Source of the DNA: a virus
Virus genome (UHGV): UHGV-0096231
DNA: 40,810 bases
Reading direction: 5' to 3' (one strand)
The notes under the pieces were generated by a model. The model ran no database searches. It was given only the letters and a program-made list of their open reading frames with translations, and had not been told where the DNA came from. This document shows, piece after piece, positions 30,032-40,322 of this stretch; the stretch's first letter is position 1; every line of letters begins with the position of its first letter. Made by a program: the position numbers and the translations under genes.

Positions 30032-30206
30032 GCCGACAGGAACACCACAACCTCAAAAACGCTACAAAGATGCCCACGGAGCACTCGTTACTGTCGAAAG
30101 CGTGTCTCACAACCGAGTGACGTTTTATCGCGACGGGTATCAATCGCCATGCGTACAACCGCTGGCACGTTTCATGAAGGAGTTCGCGGAGGTTAACAAA
30201 TGCTAA
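30027..30206 (+). CDS. small hypothetical protein
   Basis: 59 aa starting at an ATG that overlaps the ant stop (ATGTTTAA). Translational coupling suggests it is a real gene. Confidence 0.35.
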   Translation, partial: FKPTGTPQPQKRYKDAHGALVTVESVSHNRVTFYRDGYQSPCVQPLARFMKEFAEVNKC

Positions 30207-31267
30207 CCGCCCAGAAGAAGATATTTTCACTGGCTGGTATGTCGCCAAAATCCAGCAATATGACAGCAAAGTCAGACATTAATACAGCAGATACAAGCAA
30301 AGTTTATCATTTGCTGGTGGTCGGAACGGATGCCTTAACCATACCAGAAATCTCGGGCGATGATATTAGCATTGAGAAGGTCAGCGGCTGCGCCAGAAAA
30401 TTTCTGGTCGTAGATGATGTCTTCAGCTCGTGTAGTGACTCCACAAAAACATTCGTCCACGCGCGTGACGTTAACGAAATGAGCGCGATGTACTGTGCTT
30501 CTGGTTCTTCCAATAGTGAGTTTTCGGAGTCCATAAAAAAGAGCTTGCCGTTATGCGGCAACACGGTTTATGGTTATAAGGCACCTCATAAAACGGGTGC
30601 CGGGATTGGCGTCCTGGTAAATCGAATGGCGACATATGACGCGCCGAGCGTCTTTTTTTATGTCGTAGGTCTGACTCACCCATTTTTTGGGCGTTGGTGT
30701 ATAATCCAGCGCCTTTGTCAATCAATGGTGGCTCAGGCAGGGGCTTCTTCGGAAGCGCCGGTATCCATTCGAGCCGGTTACGCCAACCCTGTCTGGGCTA
30801 CCACCAGCGAAATTGGCGTTTCCGGTGGTAGCGTTACATGCTATCGAATGGAGGCTGCCACATGCTGGCTACTACCCCTACCCAAAAACCGCAATTTATC
30901 TGGATTATCGCCGCAGTTCGCCGCGATTGCCCGACAATTACCGCCAAAATTCATCATATTGCTGCCGAGTCTGAACGCGATGCTCGCCGTTCTCTGGTGC
31001 GCGATCACATCTGCTTTTTTGCTGGTCGTATCCGCATGGAGGTGGCACATGATTAAAACCTACGATGTGCATATGGATCCCCTCGAACGCACAAGCCAGA
31101 TCATCACACTGACAGAAGTGATTAACGATATTCTGGTGAGCAACTCTCCCTCACGAGACGAAAAACTGAAGGCGTTACTCGCGATATTGGACCTCGCCGT
31201 TCGTGACGTTCATTTCCTGCTGGAAGGTGGACAAATGCCATGCAAAACGGGGGCAACCAATGAATAA
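30200..31267 (+). CDS. hypothetical protein; ORF boundary anomalous (the in-frame read-through to 31267 is probably not one gene)
   Basis: The start is coupled to the upstream stop (ATGCTAA). The frame has no stop until 31267, yet the region 30862-31056 shows better codon usage in another frame. Possible frameshift or fusion. Confidence 0.3.
   Translation: MLTAQKKIFSLAGMSPKSSNMTAKSDINTADTSKVYHLLVVGTDALTIPEISGDDISIEKVSGCARKFLVVDDVFSSCSDSTKTFVHARDVNEMSAMYCASGSSNSEFSESIKKSLPLCGNTVYGYKAPHKTGAGIGVLVNRMATYDAPSVFFYVVGLTHPFFGRWCIIQRLCQSMVAQAGASSEAPVSIRAGYANPVWATTSEIGVSGGSVTCYRMEAATCWLLPLPKNRNLSGLSPQFAAIARQLPPKFIILLPSLNAMLAVLWCAITSAFLLVVSAWRWHMIKTYDVHMDPLERTSQIITLTEVINDILVSNSPSRDEKLKALLAILDLAVRDVHFLLEGGQMPCKTGATNE
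30862..31056 (+). CDS. small hypothetical protein
   Basis: 64 aa from the ATG at 30862 with GGAGG RBS. Codon usage (ctg, ccg, cgc, atc, acc) is more host-like than the overlapping frame. Confidence 0.45.
   Translation: MLATTPTQKPQFIWIIAAVRRDCPTITAKIHHIAAESERDARRSLVRDHICFFAGRIRMEVAHD
31049..31267 (+). CDS. small hypothetical protein
   Basis: 72 aa. ATG overlaps the previous stop (ATGATTAA). Confidence 0.4.
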   Translation: MIKTYDVHMDPLERTSQIITLTEVINDILVSNSPSRDEKLKALLAILDLAVRDVHFLLEGGQMPCKTGATNE

Positions 31268-31454
31268 CTCAATTAATACCCCTCGCCTTACGTCCGCACT
31301 TCAATTAATCGAGCAAGCAGCGGCTGTCCCGGTTGCTGTCAGTCTTTCGGCTGAAGAAATGGACGCTGCTGATGTCGTGGATGCGATTAAAGCGTGCTCA
31401 TCTTTGGTTAACGATGCCCGTGCCGAGCTGGTAATTCTTGGGGGTGAAAAATGA
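31260..31454 (+). CDS. small hypothetical protein
   Basis: 64 aa. ATG overlaps the previous stop (ATGAATAA). Confidence 0.4.
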   Translation: MNNSINTPRLTSALQLIEQAAAVPVAVSLSAEEMDAADVVDAIKACSSLVNDARAELVILGGEK

Positions 31455-31714
31455 ATATCACCTTAATTTATCGTCATCCGTGTGAGCTGGAAATTGAATC
31501 ATTGCTGGGGCGCGAAGAGCCATATCCAGACACATTCACTCCCGCAGATTGCGCGACTGAACGGCTTACCAGAGCGCGCACAGGTCTGGTTCATGTGATG
31601 AATGAGATTGTTCCCTCGGTGGGAGGGGAACAGGCGACAGTAATCAATAGCTGGCTACAAAAAGTTACCTCCCTGATAGATATCGGTTTAATCGATGTGG
31701 AGAGTGCGAAATGA
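31451..31714 (+). CDS. small hypothetical protein
   Basis: 87 aa, ATGA-coupled. Confidence 0.4.
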   Translation: MNITLIYRHPCELEIESLLGREEPYPDTFTPADCATERLTRARTGLVHVMNEIVPSVGGEQATVINSWLQKVTSLIDIGLIDVESAK

Positions 31715-31932
31715 CCAACATCCAGCTCATTGAAGCGCAATGTCGCATCGAACAGGTTCAGACTGTTTTAGGGTTCTGGCTTGAAGGGGCCAGCCCCTGC
31801 AACAGAGACAAGTTAATGATTGGCGCGGTTATGTCACTGCTCAATGGCGTACCAGAAGCTATTCAGGAAGCGGACGAATTGTTGGGCAAATATGAGTTAC
31901 AGAATCATTCAGGCGAGGCGAAACATGAATAA
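31711..31932 (+). CDS. small hypothetical protein
   Basis: 73 aa, ATGA-coupled. Confidence 0.4.
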   Translation: MTNIQLIEAQCRIEQVQTVLGFWLEGASPCNRDKLMIGAVMSLLNGVPEAIQEADELLGKYELQNHSGEAKHE

Positions 31933-32527
31933 TTTCTTAACTTTCCATGCAGAAGCAACGCCTGACGGCGTAAACATCATGTACCGCAGCAACGATGGCA
32001 TGACAGAACGCGTTGATACCGTCTCATATATTGATGCCGTAAATCGTCTGGATGCCGGGGATTATGACGATAAACCAGATGAAGGCATGTTTATACATCT
32101 CGCTATTGCCAGTGGCGGCAACCAGGGATATTTCGATTACACATCACAGCATCACGTGATTATGTGGCGCTGGCTGATAGCAACAGCATTCATCAATGAA
32201 ATGAGAAAGGAAAACGGCACCGTCAGCATTATTGATGACAGTGGCAATCATTCCGTGGTTTCTGTTTATTCCAATGGCATCGTCGCCATGCCGCTGTATC
32301 CAGTAGCAGAGCGCCTCGCTATGGCAAACAACATTGAGGGCGCAATGATCGAGAAATATGGTGTTGATGTCGGAACAAAGAATGCCATCATTTTTTACAG
32401 CAACATGTTCGATGTCGAACAGGGAACACTCACTTCGTTTGGGCGAGAAGTGCTTGCCGATCTTCACAACAGCTTTATTGCCGAACTAAACGAAAACGGC
32501 ATCCCAGAAGCACCAGTGACGCACTAA
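31925..32527 (+). CDS. hypothetical protein
   Basis: About 200 aa from the ATG at 31925, which overlaps the previous stop. Directly precedes the primase gene. Confidence 0.5.
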   Translation: MNNFLTFHAEATPDGVNIMYRSNDGMTERVDTVSYIDAVNRLDAGDYDDKPDEGMFIHLAIASGGNQGYFDYTSQHHVIMWRWLIATAFINEMRKENGTVSIIDDSGNHSVVSVYSNGIVAMPLYPVAERLAMANNIEGAMIEKYGVDVGTKNAIIFYSNMFDVEQGTLTSFGREVLADLHNSFIAELNENGIPEAPVTH

Positions 32528-32539
32528 ACGGGGGCCAGA

Positions 32540-34891
32540 ATGCGAAACATTGATCTTATCCGTCAGGTTATCAGTGCGTCTGAAAACAACTGGCCTCATG
32601 TGCTGGGCTGCCTGAACATAAATGTCCCTGACTCTCCGCGCCGTCATGCTCCCTGCCCTGCATGTGGGGGCAAAGATCGATTCCGGTTCGATGACAACGG
32701 GCGCGGTAGCTTCATCTGTAATCAGTGCGGCGCTGGTGATGGGCTGGATTTAATTAAACGCGTAAATAACTGCGACACAACAGAGGCGGCGCTTCTTGCC
32801 GCTGATGTTCTGGGTATTGATTACCGGACAACGGAAACACCAGAAGCCACCAGCCAGAAACGGGAACAACTGGAAACCGAGCGCCAGCGACGCGAACAGG
32901 AGCGCCTGAAAAGGGCAGAGAAGGACGAACAACAAAGACGGGATACGTTTTCCCGTCAGTTTGATGACATGCGCAGAAAGGCTGTAAACGGCAAATCTGA
33001 TTATCTGGTTGCGAAAGGGGTAGGTGATTTTACATTCCCCGTGTTGCCCGATGGATCTCTGTTGCTGGCGCTGGTGGATAAATCCGGCGCAGTCACAGCA
33101 GCACAGACTATTACCTCACATGGTGAAAAAAGACTCCTGACAGGTTCGGCAAAGCGGGGGGCATATCACGCCATAAACGCACAGAAACGACCTCACAGCA
33201 TCATAATTGCTGAGGGGGTGGCTACCGCCCTGTCGTGCCATTTAATTCGCCCTGACGCAATGACAGTGGCAGCAATCGACGCTGGCAACCTGTTGCCAGT
33301 AGCGGAAGTCATGCGCAGAACATATCCGCAGGCACAAATAATCATTGCCGCAGATAACGATCACCAGCAAGGAGACTCAGAAAGTGGAGGGATCAACACG
33401 GGGAAAGATGCCGCAGAGAGGGCCGCTATTTCCGTAGCTGGCAGGGTGTCTCTGCCACCGACTGACTATAAAGCCGACTGGAACGACTATCACCAACAAC
33501 ACGGGCTGGCGGCAGCCACAGCAGCATTTAAAGATTCGATGTACCAGCCACGGGGGAAAGGGGCGCAGGTGAAAAATCACAAACAGTCAGTCGGGGCGCT
33601 GAATGAGATCAGTTCTGGCGAGGTGTTAAGCGATGATGAAATTGCTGTCCTCGAAGAAATCAACCGGACGTTTACGCATGTCACCATCGGCGGGAAACAC
33701 AAGGTGGTGTCGCTAAAGCCTTCTCAAACCGGCGGTGTATCGCACGTTTTCGAGGATTTATCACAATTTCAGCATTATTTTCATCATAAACCGAGAGTCG
33801 CCAGAAAGCTGGCGGGATCGGCGTGGCTGTCATGGAGTGGGAAGAACTACAAGCCAGGAGGCGTAGGATTTTATCCAGTACCAGACAAATGCCCTGACGA
33901 TGTTTTTAATCTGTATGAGGGGCTGGCACTGGAACCAATTGAAGGAGATTGCACGGTATACCTTAATCACCTGTTGCAGGTTGTCTGTGCCGGTAATGAA
34001 GAGGCATACCAATATCTTATCCAGTGGATGGCGCACATTATCCAAAAGCCTGATGAAAAACCGTCCGTGGCAATCGTGATGAAATCTGTCCCGGGCACAG
34101 GGAAAGGCACAACGGTTAAACCGCTGCTGCAAATACTGGGGCAGTACGCCGCCCACATTAACGGGGCGGGACATATTTCAGGGCGCTTCAATTCAATACT
34201 TGCTAACAAGCTACTGGTATTTGCTGACGAAGTGACGATCCACAAGCCGTCTGAAGCTGACAGACTTAAAGCGATTATTAGCGAACCGACGTTTAACCTT
34301 GAGCGCAAGGGAATTGATGCTGAACCAATGCCGAATTTTGCCCGGTTGATATTTGCCAGTAACAGCACACAGGTATTACAGGCAGGGATAAGAGAGCGTC
34401 GCTATCTCGTGCTTGAGCCATCTCCTGAAAAAGCACAGAGCCGGGAGTATTTTGATCGGCTGTACAGTTGGCTTAATGATGGCGGTGCCGCAAAGTTGCT
34501 TTGGCATCTTAAAGGGGTGGATCTCTCAGGTTTTGACCCTCAACGAGCGCCACAGACCGATGCCTTACGTGAAGAAATCTTGCTGGGGCTGTCTGGCGTT
34601 GAATTGTTTCTTTATGGCGAGCTAATCAATGAACCTCCGTTTAATGGCGAAGTCCGTTTGTTTGCAAAGGATATGGTTAGTCGGTTTGTAGCGTGGTCGC
34701 TTGAGCGTGGGGAAAAGCTTAAAGAACCAGCTGCCAGATCACTACTGGGTAAATCACTTGCACAAATGGGGCTGGTGAAGCATGGAAGACCAGACCGAGG
34801 GAATGGCGTGTTCTACGAACTACCAGAGGTCGGAGTTCTACAGGCTGCGTTTGCCCGTCTGATCGGTATGGGGGGTTATGATGTTTTTTAA
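32540..34891 (+). CDS. P4 alpha-like primase-helicase (zinc-binding / toprim primase + D5-type helicase)
   Basis: 783 aa. N-terminal Cys cluster CPACGGKDRFRF...FICNQCGAGDG (zinc-binding primase domain), a toprim-like middle region (IIIAEGVATALS, AADND), and a C-terminal P-loop-like VPGTGKGTT. Confidence 0.85.
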   Translation: MRNIDLIRQVISASENNWPHVLGCLNINVPDSPRRHAPCPACGGKDRFRFDDNGRGSFICNQCGAGDGLDLIKRVNNCDTTEAALLAADVLGIDYRTTETPEATSQKREQLETERQRREQERLKRAEKDEQQRRDTFSRQFDDMRRKAVNGKSDYLVAKGVGDFTFPVLPDGSLLLALVDKSGAVTAAQTITSHGEKRLLTGSAKRGAYHAINAQKRPHSIIIAEGVATALSCHLIRPDAMTVAAIDAGNLLPVAEVMRRTYPQAQIIIAADNDHQQGDSESGGINTGKDAAERAAISVAGRVSLPPTDYKADWNDYHQQHGLAAATAAFKDSMYQPRGKGAQVKNHKQSVGALNEISSGEVLSDDEIAVLEEINRTFTHVTIGGKHKVVSLKPSQTGGVSHVFEDLSQFQHYFHHKPRVARKLAGSAWLSWSGKNYKPGGVGFYPVPDKCPDDVFNLYEGLALEPIEGDCTVYLNHLLQVVCAGNEEAYQYLIQWMAHIIQKPDEKPSVAIVMKSVPGTGKGTTVKPLLQILGQYAAHINGAGHISGRFNSILANKLLVFADEVTIHKPSEADRLKAIISEPTFNLERKGIDAEPMPNFARLIFASNSTQVLQAGIRERRYLVLEPSPEKAQSREYFDRLYSWLNDGGAAKLLWHLKGVDLSGFDPQRAPQTDALREEILLGLSGVELFLYGELINEPPFNGEVRLFAKDMVSRFVAWSLERGEKLKEPAARSLLGKSLAQMGLVKHGRPDRGNGVFYELPEVGVLQAAFARLIGMGGYDVF

Positions 34892-34920
34892 TATAGTCTT
34901 TTTACAAGAAGATCGTTTTT

Positions 34921-35026
34921 ACCTGTACCACCTATACCACTTTGCTAATTCAGCATTAAAAACAATGTGTTATAGTGGTACAGGTCAATATCTTACCTAT
35001 ACCAGACCTGTACCACCTATACCATT
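34921..35026. repeat. iteron cluster 1 (ACCTGTACC / GGTACAGGT family)
   Basis: cctgtaccacctatacca occurs twice as a direct repeat (34922-34939 and 35007-35024), with an inverted copy tggtacaggtc between. Immediately downstream of the primase gene. Confidence 0.6.
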
Positions 35027-35067
35027 AACAAACGCATTTCTTCTGGCTGGCTGAGAGGGAACAACCA

Positions 35068-35298
35068 ATGATGAGCGCACCATTTTACAAAGTGCGCCAG
35101 TTAGCTTCTTCCTCTGGCTGGCAGCTACGGTTTGAGGGGCGTTCAGACTGGCTACCCATTGCGGCATGGGCGAATGTTGAAATGTGTATTGACGGCGATA
35201 CCGTTGAAATCATTATTCCCTGCGTGGCAAGTCGGGACGGCTGTATAGAGCCAACAGATATGGCAGCAGAAATCAGAGAGGTAAAACATGAGCAATAA
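35068..35298 (+). CDS. hypothetical protein
   Basis: 76-aa ORF between the two iteron clusters. Confidence 0.4.
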   Translation: MMSAPFYKVRQLASSSGWQLRFEGRSDWLPIAAWANVEMCIDGDTVEIIIPCVASRDGCIEPTDMAAEIREVKHEQ

Positions 35299-36025
35299 CT
35301 ATTGCATACCGCAGGGAATGACCAGAACGGAGCGCGAAGAATTAAAAAGTTTCGCTACACAGTGCGGGAATGCTGGCGACATCCAAAGTCTGGAACGCAC
35401 TTTAATTATGATTGCGCACTGGATGCGTCAGGGGCAAAGGGTTTCATTTACTGAATATGCCAGCCAGTGGACAGAGGCACAGCGCGAACGGAGCGACGGT
35501 AATCACTCAACACCCGAAATGGCGAAGCAATGGCCTTTCAGTGGTAAACGCTGTATCAGTCCCGGTGGTTCAGATTATTACCCTGCTGGTGTGGGAGATG
35601 AGCCATGTTGTGACGAGACTGAAATCCGCCACGCAGTGACAGTAATTACCGCTGAATACCCACAATTTAACCTTGACGGACTGGCGCTCCACAACCGGAA
35701 TGCGGACTGGGAAAACCCGCTTGATAACCCGTCATTTATCGTATCGGCGAAAAGCTGCCTGAGATGGATCAGAGACAACGGGATGAGTAATGCCCAGATT
35801 GAGAGCTTCCCGCAGGATAACCCCACATCTGACACGTTGAAGCATGAAGTGGAGCGATATAACCAGATAAACCACCAGCACAGTGATCACCCGCACTATA
35901 TCCCCAACGGAGCATTTATTGCGGCGATGGTGGCAAGCGGCTACAAGGTTAAGCCAGCGGGAAGAATGAACGCATTTTTCAATATTTCAAAAAAGGGATT
36001 ATGTGCTGCTATGGGTAAAAATTAA
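35288..36025 (+). CDS. hypothetical protein
   Basis: 245-aa ORF overlapping the previous gene. Confidence 0.5.
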   Translation: MSNNYCIPQGMTRTEREELKSFATQCGNAGDIQSLERTLIMIAHWMRQGQRVSFTEYASQWTEAQRERSDGNHSTPEMAKQWPFSGKRCISPGGSDYYPAGVGDEPCCDETEIRHAVTVITAEYPQFNLDGLALHNRNADWENPLDNPSFIVSAKSCLRWIRDNGMSNAQIESFPQDNPTSDTLKHEVERYNQINHQHSDHPHYIPNGAFIAAMVASGYKVKPAGRMNAFFNISKKGLCAAMGKN

Positions 36026-36030
36026 ATAAA

Positions 36031-36134
36031 TGGTACAGGTCTGTACAGGTGGGGAGAGGTCATTTTTACCCACCTGTACCACCTGCAGGCCGCGTCACAC
36101 AAGGGTTTGTGACATGGTGGTACAGGTGGTACAG
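36031..36134. repeat. iteron cluster 2 (GGTACAGGT family) with central palindrome
   Basis: tggtacaggtctgtacaggtgg, cacctgtaccacctg and tggtggtacaggtggtacag are copies of the same motif as cluster 1. A gtcacac...tgtgac palindrome lies at 36094-36113. Confidence 0.6.
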
Positions 36135-36499
36135 CAAAAACAGCGATTTTCTTTATAAGGTATGTTTTGCTCATCTGGCAGACGGAGGTATTCGCTGCGG
36201 TTTGGCACATAGCCCAGAACAGCAAAGAGTTTTACGAGACTTTTGTAAAATCCAGTGTACAAGGGCGTGACGTTTTTGAAGGAGAGACCTACGAAATTTT
36301 CGTAGTTCAAAAAATAGCCTCTGAGATGTTGTTATGCCTGTTCAGCAAACCATCCGCATAGCTGATCGCGAATCAAATTACCAATGGAGCCAGAAGCAAG
36401 GGCAGAACTGGAAAGCGCCTGCCGTGAAGAGTAATGCGACATCGTAAATATAGTTTTTAGAGTCCATAAAAAACCTGTCAAAACCTGACATACAGAACG

Positions 36500-36533
36500 A
36501 TGCCACCAGCTACTGAGCGGTGGCATTTTTTTG
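36500..36533 (+). terminator. Rho-independent terminator
   Basis: atgccacc-agctactgagc-ggtggcat followed by TTTTTTT. Confidence 0.6.
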
Positions 36534-36627
36534 TGCTATTTGTTTCATATTTTGCAATCACAATGATGAATATTGCGTTTTATGAAACTATAATGACTGT
36601 TGTTTTATACAGTTCTAAGGGGGCGTT

Positions 36628-36786
36628 ATGGCTATTTCAGTAAAGCCGGTATTGATAAGTGAGAAGCAAATGGAAGCGATAAAGAAAATTCAGGAGGAGC
36701 AGCGTAAAAAATCAGAGGTAGGAGTTGCGCCAACGATCCACGAAATTGCTCGGGGATTAATGGATAAGGCGCTGGCTTACACTTTA
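36628..36786 (+). CDS. small hypothetical protein (52 aa), first gene of the unknown operon
   Basis: ATG with AAGGGGG RBS. Encodes MAISVKPVLISEKQMEAIKKIQEEQRKKSEVGVAPTIHEIARGLMDKALAYL. Not in the ORF track because it is under 60 aa. Possibly a small DNA-binding or regulatory protein. Confidence 0.35.
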
Positions 36787-36793
36787 ACTGGAC

Positions 36794-38155
36794 GTGGGTA
36801 AATCAATGGCTACGTGGAAACAGGGTATTAATTCTGGTGGTTTTCTGGCTGGCATTGGTGCGCAAAATGAGAATGCGCCAAAGGCAAGCGACATTAACGC
36901 AACGCTTGGTCTGATCCGCGAAAACAATGAACTGGCTCGATCAGGTGCAAATAACGTTGCTCTGACAGGCCTTCGTGGTCTGGCTGGAGTTGCTGACATT
37001 TATAAGCAGGAACAGCAACAGAAAGCGATTAGTGCGTTCAATAAGGTTCATGCTGATGCATGGGCTTCTGGTGATCCATCGGGACTATTTAAGTTTGCCC
37101 AGGAAAATCCAGCGTTTGTTGCACAGGCACAACAGGCATTTTCCGGTCTTAATGAGCAGCAACGCAACGATATGGGCGATTTAGCCATGAGGGCTAACGT
37201 CGCTCTTTCTCAGGGACCGGAAGCCTACAGTAAATTCATTACTGACAACAAGGACAGGTTAAATCGCGTTGGTGCTAATGCTGACTGGATGATTCAGACA
37301 GGTATCCAGAATCCAGAGCAGCTATCACACATGCTGACTACTATGTCTCTCGGTGCGCTTGGACCAGAAAAGGCGTTTGCTGTTCAGGATAAGATGGTTG
37401 GTCGCCAGCAGGAGCAGCAAAGAATTAACGAAACCATTCGCAATAATGACATGACGAATGCGAGGGCTATTAGGGGTCAGGATCTTTCCTATAAGGCTCA
37501 AATGGCAAGACTGAATCACGACAAGTATGTGTTTAAGCAGTCACAGGCGGCCCTTGAAAGAGCAGGACAACTTCAGGATATGGATGTTTTGTCTCTTAAC
37601 TCACAGATAGCAGCGACGGGAATTGATCCGCTAACCGGTAAAGCTGCAACGTCAGCCAGAATGTCTCAGGCTAAGAGATGGCTTGATGGCAACAATAATT
37701 ACAACAATGCGTTAATTACTGGTGAGCGAGGGATAGAGAAAATTGATTCTTTGCTTGGTAAGAAGGAGCTTGAAGGTATTGGTCGCTTCGAAGGAAGAAA
37801 TATAGATGGCTTCACAAGTGCTGAAGGGCTTGCAAACCGTAATGCGATAGAAGAATTAAAGTCGGGTGCGTTTGTCCAGAACGTGCAGACTATGCGAGGT
37901 ATGGGTAGCCTCTCCAATGCTGAAGGCCAAAAACTGGAAAACCTGATCGCGAAACTCGATATAACACAGCCTGAAGAGGTCGTCAGAAAACAGTTATCTG
38001 AAATCCGATCGCAATATTCTGTATTTCAAAAGGTTGCAGCAAGGGAGGCTGAATCAATGGGATATAGTTCATCAGGTTATGACACATATGTTAGTGAGCG
38101 AAAATCAGGAAGCGACAGCAATAAGTCCGGTTTCTCGTCTTTATGGGGTGATTAA
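36794..38155 (+). CDS. hypothetical protein (453 aa), Gln/Ala/Asn-rich, predicted coiled-coil
   Basis: Long ORF with no recognisable catalytic motif. The start may be the GTG at the track coordinate or the ATG four codons later. The stop overlaps the next start (TAATG). Confidence 0.6.
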   Translation: MGKSMATWKQGINSGGFLAGIGAQNENAPKASDINATLGLIRENNELARSGANNVALTGLRGLAGVADIYKQEQQQKAISAFNKVHADAWASGDPSGLFKFAQENPAFVAQAQQAFSGLNEQQRNDMGDLAMRANVALSQGPEAYSKFITDNKDRLNRVGANADWMIQTGIQNPEQLSHMLTTMSLGALGPEKAFAVQDKMVGRQQEQQRINETIRNNDMTNARAIRGQDLSYKAQMARLNHDKYVFKQSQAALERAGQLQDMDVLSLNSQIAATGIDPLTGKAATSARMSQAKRWLDGNNNYNNALITGERGIEKIDSLLGKKELEGIGRFEGRNIDGFTSAEGLANRNAIEELKSGAFVQNVQTMRGMGSLSNAEGQKLENLIAKLDITQPEEVVRKQLSEIRSQYSVFQKVAAREAESMGYSSSGYDTYVSERKSGSDSNKSGFSSLWGD

Positions 38156-40260
38156 TGGCTAAAGCATGGAAAGATGTTATCGCTTCTCCACAGTATCAGG
38201 CGTTAGCACTAGAACAAAAAGCGCAGGCTCAGGAGCAATACTTCAATGAAGTCGTGGCCCCGCAAGCCGGAGAAAGTGTAGAGCAGGCTAAGCAGGCTTT
38301 TTATGCTGCCTATCCACTACCATCAACGAATGAAATAGACCGATCCCAATCAGCAACTCAAAATATTCAACATACATCATCTGATAATTCTCTTGCGTCA
38401 GGGTATGCAAAGTTAGCTACTCAGCAAAGAGAGGGGCTTGAGCGTTCAGCAGAACAGGGAGCCAGTCTTGGGGCTGCGATGCGCGATGCTATAACAGGCG
38501 AAAGCCGAATGACTCCAGAGATGGAGAGACTGCAAAATGTCGCCTCTGCCCCAGAATTGAACTCACTAAGCATGGATGCCCTAAAGGCTGGATGGTCTCA
38601 ACTTTTCGGCTCTGACGCGTCTCAGGAAAAGATTCTTCAGGGAATGGGGGCGACATTAAGGCAGGATGAGAAGGGGAATACTATCGTTTCTCTGCCATCA
38701 GGTGATTATGCCCTAAACAAGCCGGGTTTATCACCGCAAGACCTGACTTCGTTTCTTGCTAATGCGTTGGCGTTTACACCAGCGGGCAGGGCTGGAACGG
38801 TGCTTGGTGCCATAGGAAAATCAGCAGCTACAGATTTAGCACTACAGGGAGCCACCAGCCTTGCTGGTGGAGAAGATATTGATCCGTTACAAACGGTAAT
38901 TTCTGCTGGCATTGGTGGTATTGGTAAGGGGCTGGAAAATACAGCGAGTGCGGTTTCGAGGGCTGTTCGTGGTGATATGTCGCCTGAAGCAAAGGCTGCT
39001 GTCGACTTTGCATCGGAAAGAAATCTGCCGTTAATGACCAGTGACATGCTGAAAGATAAAACCTTTATGCAGAGTCAGGCTCAGACATTAGGCGAAAGAG
39101 TTCCTTTTTTTGGAACCGGTAAGAACCGACTGAATCAACAACAAGCACGAGAAAATTTAGTCAGAACATTTAGCGATGGTCTGGGGGGAATTTCAGATAA
39201 ACAGCTTTATGAATCTGCGACTAAAGGGCAGCAAAAATTCATTGAGGCAGCAGGAAAGCGATATAACCGCATAATTGACGCTATGGGGGATACCCCTGTC
39301 GATCTCTCAAACACGGTAAAAGCTATCGACAATCAGATTGCCGTGTTAAGCCGACCGGGCAAATCTCAGGATAGAGCCGCGGTAAAAGTCTTGCAGCAAT
39401 TTAAAGACGATATCACCAGCGGACCCAATGACCTGCGTCTGGCGAGAGAAAACAGAACTGACCTTCGAAAGCGGTTCATGAATTCAAACGAGACTGTTGA
39501 TAAAGACACGCTCCAGAAAGCCAGCGATATTGTCTACAAGGCATATACAGCGGATATGAAAAAAGCAGTATCCCAAAAACTAGGCTCAGAAGAAGCTACC
39601 AATATGTCTAGGGTTGATCGCTCATGGGCTAGATTCAATGACATGATGGGAAGAACGCGCGTTCAAAAGGCAATAGCCAGCGGCAAGGCCACGCCTGAGG
39701 ATGTAACAAAACTCGTTTTTAGCCAAAACCCATCAGAACGTTCTCAGCTTTACAGGCTTCTGGATGACAATGGTAGGCAAAACGCACGAGCCGCCATAGT
39801 TCAGAATGCTGTAGATAAGGCGACTGATCCGTCTGGAAATATCAGTGTTGAGAAGTTTATTAATGCGTTACACCGGAACAGAAAGCAATCCGCAACGTTC
39901 TTTAAGGGCGTGCACGGAAAGGAACTGGACGGCATTATTAAATACCTCAACGATACCAGACAGGCGGCAAAGGTTGACGGTCAGAAATTAAACAGCCAGA
40001 AACTTTATGGCCTGCTGGTTGGTGGAGGCGCTATAAATGCGGCAGTTCTGGCGGGGATGCTGAAAACGGCTGCGTTTGTTGTTCCTGCTGCAGGTGCCGT
40101 AGGCGGAGCAGCGAAGGCATACGAAAGCCCTGTTATACGAAATGCCTTGTTACGTCTGGCAAATACGCCAAAAGGTAGCACAGCATATGACAGAGCGATC
40201 AGTACGGTCACACAATCACTGACCACAGCAGCACAAGCATCGCAAAAGGAAGCTCAATAA
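38155..40260 (+). CDS. hypothetical protein (701 aa) with C-terminal hydrophobic helical hairpin
   Basis: Long, largely helical Q/A-rich protein. The C-terminal LYGLLVGGGAINAAVLAGMLKTAAFVVPAAGAVGGAAKAY (about nt 40003-40125) is a glycine-zipper-like membrane hairpin. No P-loop or nuclease motif seen. Confidence 0.6.
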   Translation: MAKAWKDVIASPQYQALALEQKAQAQEQYFNEVVAPQAGESVEQAKQAFYAAYPLPSTNEIDRSQSATQNIQHTSSDNSLASGYAKLATQQREGLERSAEQGASLGAAMRDAITGESRMTPEMERLQNVASAPELNSLSMDALKAGWSQLFGSDASQEKILQGMGATLRQDEKGNTIVSLPSGDYALNKPGLSPQDLTSFLANALAFTPAGRAGTVLGAIGKSAATDLALQGATSLAGGEDIDPLQTVISAGIGGIGKGLENTASAVSRAVRGDMSPEAKAAVDFASERNLPLMTSDMLKDKTFMQSQAQTLGERVPFFGTGKNRLNQQQARENLVRTFSDGLGGISDKQLYESATKGQQKFIEAAGKRYNRIIDAMGDTPVDLSNTVKAIDNQIAVLSRPGKSQDRAAVKVLQQFKDDITSGPNDLRLARENRTDLRKRFMNSNETVDKDTLQKASDIVYKAYTADMKKAVSQKLGSEEATNMSRVDRSWARFNDMMGRTRVQKAIASGKATPEDVTKLVFSQNPSERSQLYRLLDDNGRQNARAAIVQNAVDKATDPSGNISVEKFINALHRNRKQSATFFKGVHGKELDGIIKYLNDTRQAAKVDGQKLNSQKLYGLLVGGGAINAAVLAGMLKTAAFVVPAAGAVGGAAKAYESPVIRNALLRLANTPKGSTAYDRAISTVTQSLTTAAQASQKEAQ

Positions 40261-40322
40261 CAGATGGCCATGGATGGTTGGTTATAATAGTAATTAGTAT
40301 TTTTTTCAAATAGTTATGAACA

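Noticed and set aside
30200-31267. A single 355-aa protein
   Set aside because: Codon usage in the middle of the frame is poor (cta, cga, ccc), and a better-supported nested gene with its own RBS lies in another frame. It is kept as a low-confidence feature only.
34921-36134. CRISPR array
   Set aside because: The repeats are short (9-18 bp), in mixed orientation and irregularly spaced, with no uniform spacers. They are more consistent with iterons.
36140-36500. Protein-coding genes in the 36.1-36.5 kb gap (track ORFs 36167..36361 and 36332..36526)
   Set aside because: No convincing RBS or codon bias. The region may instead hold regulatory RNA or promoter elements, which cannot be confirmed from sequence alone.
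38850-38950. P-loop NTPase motif in the 701-aa protein (AGIGGIGKG)
   Set aside because: The sequence is G-x4-GKG, lacking the Ser/Thr of Walker A, and there is no Walker B context. Likely a glycine-rich loop.
38155-40260. Pore-forming colicin-like bacteriocin with a downstream immunity gene
   Set aside because: There is no Gly-rich translocation domain, and the convergent 135-aa protein has a cleavable signal peptide rather than the multi-TM architecture of pore-former immunity proteins. Only the C-terminal hydrophobic hairpin is reminiscent.
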